Shown here piece by piece: positions 54,928-64,000 of a stretch of 64,000 nt of DNA. This DNA is from an uncultured Candidatus Binatia bacterium. Its GTDB lineage: Bacteria; Desulfobacterota; Binatia; Bin18. Numbering within the stretch: the stretch's first letter is position 1; each line of letters starts with the position of its first letter. The notes below the pieces were generated by a model. That model was not told where the DNA came from, made no database searches, and saw nothing but the letters and a program-made list of their open reading frames with translations. The stretch is from NCBI GenBank assembly GCA_965220195.1, contig CBDCPK010000005.1:3029875-3093874 (forward strand), in the 5' to 3' direction. Both the position numbers and the translations under genes were made by a program.

Positions 54928-55670
54928 TCGGTCTGACACGGCGCGCCAGGGGCAAAATGATAGATAAATCGGCGCTGTCGTGAAGAATACGCAAGTAATG
55001 TTGAAGAGCAGGTGCCATAGCCGTCGAGGTGGATACACAGGCCGTTGCGCGGGTCTTCGGTTCGTGGGTCGAGCGGTGTGGCGTGGTCTGCAAGTCGCTC
55101 ATGGAGGAGGCGAAAAAGCTCCGTTAGGGAAAAAGATGCCTGGGGTGCTGTGGTCATCTTTTCTGCCACGGTCTGAAAATACTGAAAAGAGTGCGCAATC
55201 TTGGGACATTCGGGATCGTTGAGGTTCATATTGGTCAACAGGTGGACCCCTGGTTCGAGTTGCTGGATACGAATGGTCCGCTCAATCGGGTAGACGACGT
55301 ACGCCGCCTGGCTGTCAACCAGGAGGAGGTTGAAGGGGTTATAGCGATCGGCAGGTTGGTGCTGAACGGACGTAGTGGCCTGGTGGGCGGACGGCGCCTG
55401 AAGGGCGTCCAGGCTCAACAATCCACGCGACCGCCGGCGCGGGTCAGCCGGTTGGGGCGTATGCCGGTTTAACATGCCAGCGACAAGACCATGCGCGTTG
55501 ACACCCAGCCAGGTTCCTCCGGCAACAAGATCCTTCCCGCCGAAAATCCAGGGTGTGTGCTGGAGCACGACGGGTGCGGTAGAGGGGCGATTCAAGTATT
55601 CATCCCGGTTTGCCGCTACCACGACAGGATAATCCGGAAAAATTTGAAAGTATAAGGCGAGCGTACACAT
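54894..55670 (-). CDS. NRDE-family protein (DUF833/TANGO2-like)
   Basis: MCTLALYFQ...VVAANRDEY contains the NRDE motif. The start was trimmed to MCT. Confidence 0.6.
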   Translation of the reverse strand: MCTLALYFQIFPDYPVVVAANRDEYLNRPSTAPVVLQHTPWIFGGKDLVAGGTWLGVNAHGLVAGMLNRHTPQPADPRRRSRGLLSLDALQAPSAHQATTSVQHQPADRYNPFNLLLVDSQAAYVVYPIERTIRIQQLEPGVHLLTNMNLNDPECPKIAHSFQYFQTVAEKMTTAPQASFSLTELFRLLHERLADHATPLDPRTEDPRNGLCIHLDGYGTCSSTLLAYSSRQRRFIYHFAPGAPCQTDYSEVSVPSGP

Positions 55671-55789
55671 GCCGCGCGGCAGTATAAGATGGGGAGCGAG
55701 GCGTCGCAAGAGGGAAGGGGCTTCGCGTTGTGTTTCAGCTACCCCTATGATAGGGTCTGCCGGCATCATGTATGCACTGAGGAGGAAGA

Positions 55790-56761
55790 ATGTTCGAATC
55801 TGTTGATGACGTTGTTTCAAGGCTCTCAGACCAGAAATATATTTGTAATCGACAAATCGCGACCGTTGTCTATTTGGCCAGCCAACTGCGCAAACCGATC
55901 CTCGTCGAAGGGCCCGCTGGTGTCGGGAAGACGGAACTGGCAAAGGTAGTGGCCGGGGCGATGGACTGTGAATTGTTACGCCTGCAGTGCTACGAAGGCC
56001 TGGATGAGGCGAAAGCCCTCTACGAGTGGGAATATGCCAAACAACTGCTCTATACGCAGATCCTCAAGGACAAAATCAGTGAAGTGTTGAAAGGCACGAG
56101 TACGTTGAAGGAAGCGGTCGAGCGCATCGGCAAGCAGGATAGTGTCTTCTTCTCGGAACGCTTTATTCTGCCCCGACCCTTGTTGCAGGCCATATCGGCC
56201 GACCATCCCCTGGTCTTACTCATCGACGAGATCGATAAATCGGACAGTGAGTTCGAAGCCTTTTTGCTTGAGGTCTTGAGCGACTTTCAGGTGAGTGTGC
56301 CAGAGCTGGGAACGATTCAAGCCCAACAGCTCCCGGTTGTGGTCTTGACCAGTAATAATGCGCGCGAGATGTCAGACGCGCTCAAACGGCGCTGCCTCCA
56401 CCTCTTCATAGATTTTCCGAACCAGGAGCAAGAGCTCGAAATTGTGAAGCTCAAGGTGCCGGGGATCGCCACGCAGTTAGCCAGTCAGGTGGTTGAGGTC
56501 GTCCAGTCGATCCGCAAACTGGACCTGAAAAAAGTTCCCAGCATTAGCGAGACCCTGGACTGGGCGAAAGCGCTCACCCTGCTCAATGTGCACCGGCTTG
56601 AAGAATCTCAGGTGAATGAGACCCTGAACACGATCCTGAAATACGAAGGGGACGTGCGCAAGGCAGAGGCGGAGTTAAAGGAATATATCAGCCGTCAGAA
56701 GGCAAAGGTCGAGACACAGGCGACGAGCCAGGAACAAGACGACAAAGATCTCCTGCACTAG
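55790..56761 (+). CDS. MoxR-family AAA+ ATPase (CoxD-like)
   Basis: Walker A GPAGVGKT. Walker B LLIDEIDK. MoxR-type architecture. Followed by a CoxE-like VWA gene. Confidence 0.75.
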   Translation: MFESVDDVVSRLSDQKYICNRQIATVVYLASQLRKPILVEGPAGVGKTELAKVVAGAMDCELLRLQCYEGLDEAKALYEWEYAKQLLYTQILKDKISEVLKGTSTLKEAVERIGKQDSVFFSERFILPRPLLQAISADHPLVLLIDEIDKSDSEFEAFLLEVLSDFQVSVPELGTIQAQQLPVVVLTSNNAREMSDALKRRCLHLFIDFPNQEQELEIVKLKVPGIATQLASQVVEVVQSIRKLDLKKVPSISETLDWAKALTLLNVHRLEESQVNETLNTILKYEGDVRKAEAELKEYISRQKAKVETQATSQEQDDKDLLH

Positions 56762-56781
56762 ATAGGCCCACGTGAGGCTGT

Positions 56782-58194
56782 ATGGACGACAAGATTATTG
56801 AATTCGCCCACTTGCTGCGGGAGAACGGCCTGAAAGTCTCAGCCGCAGAAAATATGGATACCTTTGCCGCTCTTGGGTTGGTTGGAATCCGGGATAAACA
56901 ATTACTGAAAGATACGTTGCGAGCGACCTTTGTCAAACGTCAGGTAGACATCTCGGTGTATGACGAGCTCTTCGATATGTTCTTCACTGGCCTGGGTGAA
57001 GTGATCAAGGCTGCGGCCGCGTCCACCATGCAGGCGATGGAGATGACCGAGGAAGAATTTCAAGAATTCCTCGAACAGCTAGAAGACGCCTTGCAGAACA
57101 TGGACCAAGAAATGTCAGACTTGGCGCGCGCTTTGCTGACCAATAATACGGGGCAACTTGAAAAAATGCTTCAAGAGGCGGCCCAGCAGGCGAATCTCCA
57201 GGATATTCAGCGCTCTTTTCAGGAAGGACAGTTCGCGAATGCGCTCGCCCAGATGATGGGTTTCGGCAATATCCAGCAGGAACTGCAAAACCTCAAGGAT
57301 GCCTTACAGCAGGCCGGTTTAAGTCCAGAACAAATAGAACAATTGTCTCAATATATTGACCAGCGCCTCCAAGACCTCGCGCATATGATCCGCAGCTACG
57401 TCCGGGCCGAGTTAGAGAAAAAAGACTCGGAGTTGCGCGACCAGCAAAAAATGAGGAGCCTGGCGGACAAGAGTTTCTACTATTTGTCTGAGGACGAAAT
57501 TCGGAAAATGAAGGAGGCGGTCACCAAGCTGGCCCAGCGGCTGAAACATATTATTGCGATTCGGCGCAAACGGGGCAAACGAGGGCGGTTGGATTTGCAG
57601 CGAACGCTCCGAAAGAATCTGCAATACGGCGGTGTGCCCTTTCACATTATTCTTGATGTGAAAAAGAAAGAAAAACCGCAGGTTGTTATTCTGTGTGACG
57701 TGTCCGACTCGGTGCGGAACGTCTCGCGCTTTATGTTGCAATTTGTCTACTCCGTGCAGGACCTCTATTCCAAGGTGCGCAGCTTTATTTTTGTGGCGGA
57801 CATTGGCGACGTAACAAAACTGTTCGAGGATAATGAAGTCCACCAGGCCATAGATCTAGCCTTACGGGGCAATTTTATTAATATCTACGCGCACTCGGAT
57901 TTTGGCCGGGCGTTCAAGACGTTTCATCGGGATTATCTCTCTATCATCAATAAGCGGACCACGGTGTTGGTGCTGGGCGACGCGCGCAATAATTATAATC
58001 TGCCGCACGACTGGGTTATTCGGGACTTGCAACAAAAAGCCAAACAGGTGATTTGGCTGAACCCTGAAAGCCGGCTGACGTGGGGATTTGGAGATAGCGA
58101 GATGGACCGCTATGCGCCGTATTGTGATCTGGTTGAAGAGTGTCGTAATCTCAACCAGCTCTACCGCGTTATTGATCATTTGGTGACCGCCTAG
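56782..58194 (+). CDS. VWA-domain protein (CoxE-like)
   Basis: C-terminal VWA with a MIDAS-like DVSDS motif. Long coiled-coil N-terminal region. Confidence 0.7.
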   Translation: MDDKIIEFAHLLRENGLKVSAAENMDTFAALGLVGIRDKQLLKDTLRATFVKRQVDISVYDELFDMFFTGLGEVIKAAAASTMQAMEMTEEEFQEFLEQLEDALQNMDQEMSDLARALLTNNTGQLEKMLQEAAQQANLQDIQRSFQEGQFANALAQMMGFGNIQQELQNLKDALQQAGLSPEQIEQLSQYIDQRLQDLAHMIRSYVRAELEKKDSELRDQQKMRSLADKSFYYLSEDEIRKMKEAVTKLAQRLKHIIAIRRKRGKRGRLDLQRTLRKNLQYGGVPFHIILDVKKKEKPQVVILCDVSDSVRNVSRFMLQFVYSVQDLYSKVRSFIFVADIGDVTKLFEDNEVHQAIDLALRGNFINIYAHSDFGRAFKTFHRDYLSIINKRTTVLVLGDARNNYNLPHDWVIRDLQQKAKQVIWLNPESRLTWGFGDSEMDRYAPYCDLVEECRNLNQLYRVIDHLVTA

Positions 58195-58246
58195 AAGAGT
58201 GAACGTGTCCTCCCCTAGACAGAATATGCTGGACACATTTACTCTT
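58195..58246 (+). repeat. Conserved AACGTGTCC stem-loop element (copy 2 of 3)
   Basis: AAGAGTGAACGTGTCC-N20-GGACACATTTACTCTT. Homologous to 3886-3937 and 63863-63915. Confidence 0.5.
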
Positions 58247-58309
58247 TGCGGTAGGCATACCCCCTTGAAGGTGGTATCCTTTGTGTGATCCCGCGCAAAT
58301 GGAGGAGGA

Positions 58310-58828
58310 ATGGACCGCGAGGGTTTTATTGAAATGAAAGTCGGTGGGTTGACGCTTGACCCGGTGACCAAGACCCCAATCGTCATCCTGAAAGACGCTG
58401 AGAACAAGCTGAACCTGCCGATCTGGATTGGCTTGATGGAAGCGACTTCAATGGCGACCGAGTTGGAAGGGATCAAAATGGCGCGGCCCATGACCCATGA
58501 CCTTCTCCATAACATGATCAAGGAAGTCGGTGGCAAGGTCGAGGCTATTGAGGTGACGAATCTCCAGGACAATACGTATTACGCCGCCATTTGCCTCAAG
58601 GTTGGAGAACGGGATATTGTGATTGATTCCCGGCCTAGTGATGCTATCTCGCTTGCGCTTCGGACGAAAAGTCCCATTTTTGTGGCGGCCGAGGTGCTGG
58701 AATCGTCAAGCGTGCTCCAACAGAAGGAAGACGGTGAGGAAGAAGCGGATTTGTCGAGCGTCTCCCGGGACAAGTGGGCAGAGATCCTGGAGAAGATGTC
58801 TCCGGACGACTTTAAGTACAAAATGTAA
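58310..58828 (+). CDS. Bifunctional nuclease (BFN/DUF151) family protein
   Basis: VILKDAENKLNLPIWIG...SRPSDAISLALR DUF151 core. GGAGGAGGAA RBS. Confidence 0.7.
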   Translation: MDREGFIEMKVGGLTLDPVTKTPIVILKDAENKLNLPIWIGLMEATSMATELEGIKMARPMTHDLLHNMIKEVGGKVEAIEVTNLQDNTYYAAICLKVGERDIVIDSRPSDAISLALRTKSPIFVAAEVLESSSVLQQKEDGEEEADLSSVSRDKWAEILEKMSPDDFKYKM

Positions 58829-58857
58829 TCTTTTTCGTAGACTACTCCATACGGTCC

Positions 58858-59514
58858 ATGGCACGTACTCGTAAGCAAGAACTCTCCCCATCTTCATATC
58901 CTTCAGCACGACTGGTCGAATGGCTCCGGAAGCAGTCGGACGTCATCACGCACTACAAACAGCAGATTGTTCTTGGGGGGGTCGTTGTCGTCGTATGCGC
59001 CATATCCGGCATTTCCTGGGCAGCCTGGGCACAGTATCGCCAGAGTCAGGGGCTGGAACATTTTCGAGTCGGGCTCCTCGCGATAGAATCGAAAGAGTAC
59101 GATAGGGCTGTTGCCGCATTAACCCAGGCCGAAGCGGCGCTTCGCGGTGAGAGTAGGGGGGTCGCTACGTTGCACTTAGGGGAAGCGTTTGAGAAGAGCA
59201 ATCAGCTGTTGGAGGCGAAGGATGCCTACGAGCGAGTCGCCACCTTCCATGATGCTGGACCGTATGTGAAACAGATTGCGCTCTTACGTTTAGGCCACGG
59301 TGCGGAAGAAGCAGAAGAGTTCGATGCTGCGGCACAGTGGTACGGTGAGGCTTCCAGACTGGATGGACCAAGTAAGAGTGAGGCACTGCTGGCCCTGGGA
59401 GAAGCCTTAGAGAGACAGGATGGGGCAAGTGTTCCCCAAGCATATTTTGATTTGCTAGAGCAATTCCCCGACTCTCCACTTGCTGACATGGTTCGCACCA
59501 AGACGGGCAAGTGA
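58858..59514 (+). CDS. Membrane-anchored TPR-like protein (YfgM-like)
   Basis: One TM helix, then Ala/Glu-rich TPR-like helices. Confidence 0.45.
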   Translation: MARTRKQELSPSSYPSARLVEWLRKQSDVITHYKQQIVLGGVVVVVCAISGISWAAWAQYRQSQGLEHFRVGLLAIESKEYDRAVAALTQAEAALRGESRGVATLHLGEAFEKSNQLLEAKDAYERVATFHDAGPYVKQIALLRLGHGAEEAEEFDAAAQWYGEASRLDGPSKSEALLALGEALERQDGASVPQAYFDLLEQFPDSPLADMVRTKTGK

Positions 59515-60258
59515 GTTTTTATAATATGTTTTATGTCTGATAATATATATTCTGTCAAATTATATCTATTTATATCTATGGTGAATACGATCCTGATTAG
59601 GCCGTTGGCGAGGAGGACGGAAAGAACAGCGGCCATCCGATGCGCATTTGCGTATTTTTAAGGCTTTCTGCCTGATTTTCCAGAAGTCATAGCGTGTTCT
59701 CGCGCGACCGTCAGGCTCGGCTCGTATTTAGGCCTCCGCCCCCACTGAGCAGGCCTCCCAACACGGATCGGGCTACCGCTTGGTCTCGCTGACGCCCAGA
59801 TCGAGGCGAGTATTCTGACGGGCCTGATTGTATCGCCGGCGCTCGGAATGAGGATCTTTAGAAAAGTACAGGTATGTTCAGCGACGGAATGGCTGGGTCT
59901 AGGGCAAATCACGATGCTGTTAGCCGTCCGTCATTCCTGCGAAAGCAGGAATCCAGGTCCCCAGTCTCCCGCCCGCTGGATGCCGGATCACGTCCGGCAT
60001 GACGTAAGCGCACTGGCACCGCTACAACTTATTGCGAAACGCGCTAGGGGATAGTCTTCAGTATAGCCCTCTTTCAAGTAAATTTATATGACTATAGTCA
60101 AGAATACTATTACCGAGAAAAAGATAGCAAAATTTGCCTTGTATTTTCTGAATATAGGGGGATTAATTTAGGTCCCCGATTTCGGTATATACGATTTAGA
60201 CTATAGTCAATATTTTCTTGTTGTCATGCCTATATAGACAAATCCCTCAGACTGAACA

Positions 60259-60292
60259 TAAAAAAAGGAGCCCGACTTGGGCTCCTTTTTTG
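60259..60292. terminator. Bidirectional rho-independent terminator
   Basis: AAAAAAGGAGCCCGACTTGGGCTCCTTTTTT: a 7-bp GC-rich stem and 5-nt loop, flanked by an A-run and a T-run. Directly downstream of the minus-strand cupredoxin gene. Confidence 0.7.
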
Positions 60293-60310
60293 CTCCGAAA
60301 TTCAACTCGC

Positions 60311-61033
60311 TCAGGACTGCGAGAGCTCTACCGCAAGACTGGCATCACTACCAGCTTCCACTGTCACTTTTTGCGTGGTTTCCCCTAAAGTTTCATGCCA
60401 GATCTTCACCTCGTATTCACCAGCTGGCACATCGCCCAAGCTAAACTTGCCCTCCCCGTCGGTCACTGCGTAATAAGGGTGGTCAATGACCACGATCCAG
60501 CCGGTCATCCAGTTATGCGCATCGCAGGTCACTTTCACGTACTCGGGCTGATCAAATTTCTTCTTCAATTTCTTCTTAAATTTCGGCTGCGCCTGATTGA
60601 AGGCCGGGTTCGCTTCGCTATAGGTATGAATGTTGTGCAGGATACCATCGTTATTGAGAATCTCGAGTTCCGACCCAGCCGGCGTGAGCACGATATGCGG
60701 CGTGTAGACACATTCTTTTTGATCCAGGGGCATGACCTCGCCAAAATCTTTTCCACTGGAGATATTCGAGATTGAGATAACCGCGTTTTTGATACCTTTG
60801 TTCTCGCCAACGACGAGACTCTCATCATACTTTTGCGTCTGCGCACAGACTTTCGTATCCTTAGTGACTTCAATCGGTTTTGCTTCAGGCGCATCACCGG
60901 CAAACGTAATGCTTCCACTAATGCTCCCACCGTTATTGACCGCGCCAGCGTCGTACCCAAGGGCCACAGTAGCCAGAGACAGACTGGCTCCTACGACCAG
61001 GGAAATAACCGTTTTGATATTCATACTACGCAT
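60311..61033 (-). CDS. Secreted cupredoxin-domain (type-1 copper) protein
   Basis: Signal peptide. His ligand ILHNIHTY and a C-terminal CDAHNWM (Cys-x2-His-x2-Met) blue-copper loop. A C-terminal beta-sandwich-like extension follows. Confidence 0.55.
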   Translation of the reverse strand: MRSMNIKTVISLVVGASLSLATVALGYDAGAVNNGGSISGSITFAGDAPEAKPIEVTKDTKVCAQTQKYDESLVVGENKGIKNAVISISNISSGKDFGEVMPLDQKECVYTPHIVLTPAGSELEILNNDGILHNIHTYSEANPAFNQAQPKFKKKLKKKFDQPEYVKVTCDAHNWMTGWIVVIDHPYYAVTDGEGKFSLGDVPAGEYEVKIWHETLGETTQKVTVEAGSDASLAVELSQS

Positions 61034-61043
61034 GCTTCCTCCT

Positions 61044-63842
61044 CTACATGTTTGTTTCGGTCGCTTCAGTACTTTCGGCCTCTCTTGCTTCGTCAGCAGA
61101 TTGGGTCGACTCCTCTACCAGCGTTGCTGTATCATCAGCTGCTTCCTGAACTGTCGCCGCCACCGCCGCCGTTCCACTCGCTCCATTCCCATTCATACTG
61201 GCAAACGGATCGTCGATGCCAAGCAGCATGATATAATCCCGCATGGCCACAATTTGCTTGTCTTCATCGCCCGCAAGGACATCATCCGGACCACCGGGGT
61301 AAAAGGCCGGCATATTCGTCCCCGGCATGAGAGCCTGGGGATCTTGAATCCACTCGACAATCCACTCTGGATTCAGGCGTTCTTTTGCCAGAGCCAAGTC
61401 CGGTGCCCAGCCGGCCGGCGGTCCCTCCGGCTTGCGGTCGCCCTGCTGATGGCAGGAGAAACACGCAAAATAGTCCTCTGACATGAGCACCTCGCCCGCA
61501 TGAACCATTTCTGGCGAGGTCCGGGAGCGGTCAAAATAGGTGTACGGAATATCCAGCTTACTCAAAGCGTTAAAATAATCCACGATACCGCTGGCCTCGT
61601 CATTGGCAAAATGAAAGGTCGGCATCCGCAGTTCAAGCCAGGGACGGATGGGAATCGGCTGTTGGAGAAAGCCGTAGAACCACTCAGGCTGCACCTTTTT
61701 CCCTTGGCCGGTCAGGATGGGCGGGGCAAAGGATGGATTATCCAAATAAAGCGAGCGCACATCTCCGCCGCCACCTTCGATGACATGACAACCGGTACAA
61801 TTGTAGTACTGGACCAGCCGCTGCCCTTTGACAATGGCGTCGGTCCAGTCACTGTGGGCGGTGAATTGCTCAGGCACATGATGTCCGGTCTGACTCTTCA
61901 AAAAGACGCGGACAGAGAGAATATCCTCGTCCGAGAGATCGAACGACGGCATGAGCTGCTCAATCCGCTCCGTGGCGTAGCCCCGCGGGGCATTGACCTT
62001 CTCATACGTCCAATCTTCCCAGGTATGCGGGACATCGGTCCGGTTCCCAAAGAAGAGTTCTTCCAGGCTCTTCTCCCCAAATGAGGTCAACTCCACCCCA
62101 ATCCGGGCCTCTTTTTCCATGCCGGGGATGTCGTGGCAACCGTGGCAGCCATATCTTCGGACCAGGCCCTCCCCTTCGAGCACCAAGTCCGGGTCCTCCA
62201 ACTCGGCTCGAATGTCCGGCCGTTCAATGTCCGTCTTGAGGGTCAAAAGATAGGACACGATGGCCTGCGCCTCCTCGTCACTCAGACGCAGGTCCGGCAT
62301 GGCCGTATCTGGTGAGTAATCACGCGGATTTTTGATCCAGTGGTATAACCAGCGCGCATTCGTCTTCTCTGCAACACGGGCCAGATTCGGCGCATGATTT
62401 TTGTTCTGCCCGACCATGGTGGCGGTCTGTTCGGAGCTGAATCCGTGGCAGGCTCGGCAGCCAAGAGCGTTGACCAATTGCTCACCTTTTTGGACGAGTT
62501 CGGCATTTGTCGAATCAATCCCTTCAGGCTCAGGATGAGATTCCAACCATGCCTGCCCTTCCTCCATGCTGGCCTTCATCAGATAGGCCGTCACCGCCCG
62601 ACCTTGGTCCTCGGTAAAGAAGAAGTGCGGCATCCGGGTATGCGGTCGAAATTCATGGGGGTTGGTGACCCATTCAACCATCCAGGCCGGGTCGGACTTG
62701 ACGGCGACCCGCCGCAGGTAGGGACCTATTTTCTTGGTCTCGCCATACCCTTCAACCAAATGACAGCCGGTACAGCCGAGCTGCATGAAGAGTTTTTCAC
62801 CGCGAGCGATATGCTGACCAACTGTGGTATTCTGCGTGGCCACCGTCTGCATATCGGTGTGACAGCTCAGGCAGTTAGCTTCCATTTTGGGACCGAGCAG
62901 CAGCGGATGCTCCCAGAACTGCACATAGCCGTGGGCAATATCCACGCTGCTGGTCGCGACCCCCTGGCCATTATGACACGAGGTGCAGCCGAACGATTCC
63001 GGTGGATGGTTTGCCATTATGACGTCATACTGCGGATGCGTTTTGTGCGGATTGGGCTGATCTTCAAAGCCTCGCTTGTCAATACCGACATGACAGGACT
63101 GGCAGCGGTCAACGCGCGCCAAAGGCGTATCAAAATTGCTCCGGTCAAATTCCGGTACGACCACCTGCGTAATAGCGGGAACTGTGGGGAGGACAAGCCC
63201 TGGGAGCGGCCGTATCACGTAATTACCGAGACGCTGTTCCAGGAAATCTTTTTGCTGGTTCATTTTGCGGAGCGTGTCTCGGGCTTCAATAACACGCGCG
63301 TTGATCTCATTGATTTCGTTTTCAATCCGGTCCCGCTCCGACTGCTCGGCCAGAAAGACTTTCTCACGCGCGTCCGCCTCAGCCAGAAGCGCATCAAGGT
63401 AGGCTTTCTCGTCTTTTGTCGAGTGTTCTAACTGAATCGCATGGTCGTATTCGTACCAGGCGGCCTCGATCTCGCTACGGACGATGCGTAAGGCGTTCTC
63501 CGCGTCACTCGTCCGAATTTCGGCGGCCGCCAGTTCGGTCTGCAACGTGGCGAGACGCTGCCCCCCTTCCCCGCCCACGATATCGGTCTGGGCCGAGTCT
63601 AAGGAGGCCAGGACCTCCTGGTAAGCCGGGTCCGCGGCCAGACGCTCTTCTTCAGCCTGGATTTCCGCCAGGGTTTGATTGTAGGCAAGCATCGAGAATT
63701 CGGCCTGATATTTCTTCCAGGGCCGGCGCGAAATCGCATCGTCCCAGACCGACCAGACCGACCCGACCAGCAGCAGCCCCACTGCGAAGAGAAATACTCC
63801 ACTATACGATTTCTTTTCGTCGTCAACTTCTCTACGTGCCAT
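61044..63842 (-). CDS. Membrane-anchored multiheme c-type cytochrome (at least 8 CxxCH)
   Basis: N-terminal TM helix, a coiled-coil, and eight CxxCH motifs (CQSCH, CTSCH, CLSCH, CTGCH twice, CRACH, CHGCH, CFSCH). Confidence 0.8.
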   Translation of the reverse strand: MARREVDDEKKSYSGVFLFAVGLLLVGSVWSVWDDAISRRPWKKYQAEFSMLAYNQTLAEIQAEEERLAADPAYQEVLASLDSAQTDIVGGEGGQRLATLQTELAAAEIRTSDAENALRIVRSEIEAAWYEYDHAIQLEHSTKDEKAYLDALLAEADAREKVFLAEQSERDRIENEINEINARVIEARDTLRKMNQQKDFLEQRLGNYVIRPLPGLVLPTVPAITQVVVPEFDRSNFDTPLARVDRCQSCHVGIDKRGFEDQPNPHKTHPQYDVIMANHPPESFGCTSCHNGQGVATSSVDIAHGYVQFWEHPLLLGPKMEANCLSCHTDMQTVATQNTTVGQHIARGEKLFMQLGCTGCHLVEGYGETKKIGPYLRRVAVKSDPAWMVEWVTNPHEFRPHTRMPHFFFTEDQGRAVTAYLMKASMEEGQAWLESHPEPEGIDSTNAELVQKGEQLVNALGCRACHGFSSEQTATMVGQNKNHAPNLARVAEKTNARWLYHWIKNPRDYSPDTAMPDLRLSDEEAQAIVSYLLTLKTDIERPDIRAELEDPDLVLEGEGLVRRYGCHGCHDIPGMEKEARIGVELTSFGEKSLEELFFGNRTDVPHTWEDWTYEKVNAPRGYATERIEQLMPSFDLSDEDILSVRVFLKSQTGHHVPEQFTAHSDWTDAIVKGQRLVQYYNCTGCHVIEGGGGDVRSLYLDNPSFAPPILTGQGKKVQPEWFYGFLQQPIPIRPWLELRMPTFHFANDEASGIVDYFNALSKLDIPYTYFDRSRTSPEMVHAGEVLMSEDYFACFSCHQQGDRKPEGPPAGWAPDLALAKERLNPEWIVEWIQDPQALMPGTNMPAFYPGGPDDVLAGDEDKQIVAMRDYIMLLGIDDPFASMNGNGASGTAAVAATVQEAADDTATLVEESTQSADEAREAESTEATETNM

Positions 63843-63862
63843 AATAATCCACTATGAGTCAA

Positions 63863-63915
63863 AAGAGTAAACGTGTCCTCCTACTAGATATGAAATGCTG
63901 GATACGTTTACTCTT
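63863..63915 (+). repeat. Conserved AACGTGTCC stem-loop element (copy 3 of 3)
   Basis: AAGAGTAAACGTGTCC-N21-GGATACGTTTACTCTT. The arm mismatch is a G-U wobble on the plus-strand RNA. Confidence 0.5.
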
Positions 63916-64000
63916 TGCTTGCTCGCGTCTCAAGGAAGCGACCCAGATAAAATACCACCACTCCAATCCCAAGGAGCCATAGTTCCTTACCCATACTCTT

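Noticed and set aside
59940-60020. Possible SRP (4.5S) or 6S RNA
   Set aside because: It contains CAGGTCC and GAAAGCAGG hairpins, but it lacks the conserved SRP domain IV GGAAGGAAGCAGCC motif and a 6S-like long bulged helix. It is kept only as an unclassified candidate ncRNA region.
62394-63431. 345-aa plus-strand ORF
   Set aside because: It is antisense to the multiheme cytochrome gene, whose eight CxxCH motifs and TM anchor make the minus-strand call secure.
1-64000. CRISPR arrays, rRNA genes, integrase/transposase/IS elements
   Set aside because: No regularly spaced short repeats separated by unique spacers were found. No rRNA-like conserved segments were seen. No ORF carries tyrosine or serine recombinase or DDE transposase motifs. 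The repeats that are present are REP-like hairpins and module-flanking direct repeats.

Overview
This 64 kb window comes from a high-GC bacterial chromosome. It combines ordinary metabolic genes with a large, mosaic defense island that lies immediately downstream of a tRNA-Ser(UGA) gene.

Core (housekeeping-type) genes:
- a CoxL/XdhA-type molybdenum hydroxylase large subunit
- a PhyH-family dioxygenase, a cupin and glutathione reductase
- a Rieske oxygenase alpha subunit with an EthD protein
- a cluster of rhodanese, 4Fe-4S ferredoxin, tungsten aldehyde:ferredoxin oxidoreductase and a MoaD-like sulfur carrier
- a CoA-transferase, crotonase, symporter and 3-hydroxyacid dehydrogenase cluster
- a Sir2 deacylase and TrmI
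- two DUF151 bifunctional-nuclease paralogs
- an NarL-type response regulator with a secreted protein and a histidine kinase
- a CoxD/CoxE-like MoxR and VWA pair
- a cupredoxin plus octaheme c-type cytochrome module

Accessory content: the island runs from about 29.3 to 46.1 kb. It carries a Type I restriction-modification system whose hsdS gene is separated from hsdR-hsdM by about 2.4 kb of nested toxin-antitoxin modules. Downstream of hsdS are an FRG-domain gene, a HigBA pair and a VapC/RHH pair. The most novel candidate sits beyond these: a two-gene operon of paralogous STAND-like P-loop ATPases (882 aa with TPR repeats, and 398 aa) with its own AT-rich promoter. This operon is bracketed by a roughly 100-bp partial duplicate of the neighbouring antitoxin gene.

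Three different pairs of short direct repeats bracket gene modules inside the island. One of them is a duplicated hsdS 5' end flanking an inserted PIN module. This suggests the island was assembled by repeat-mediated cassette insertion.

There is a second small low-GC islet at about 5.6-8.5 kb, carrying a NERD/PD-(D/E)xK nuclease, a DUF6883/DUF4926 pair and VapBC. There is also a low-GC orphan nuclease-fold gene at about 25.6 kb.

Other observations are two small families of conserved intergenic hairpin or REP-like elements, a likely frameshifted VOC gene, a repeat-dense AT-rich regulatory region, and an 800-bp unexplained structured intergenic region ending in a bidirectional terminator.

No CRISPR array, rRNA, integrase or transposase was seen.
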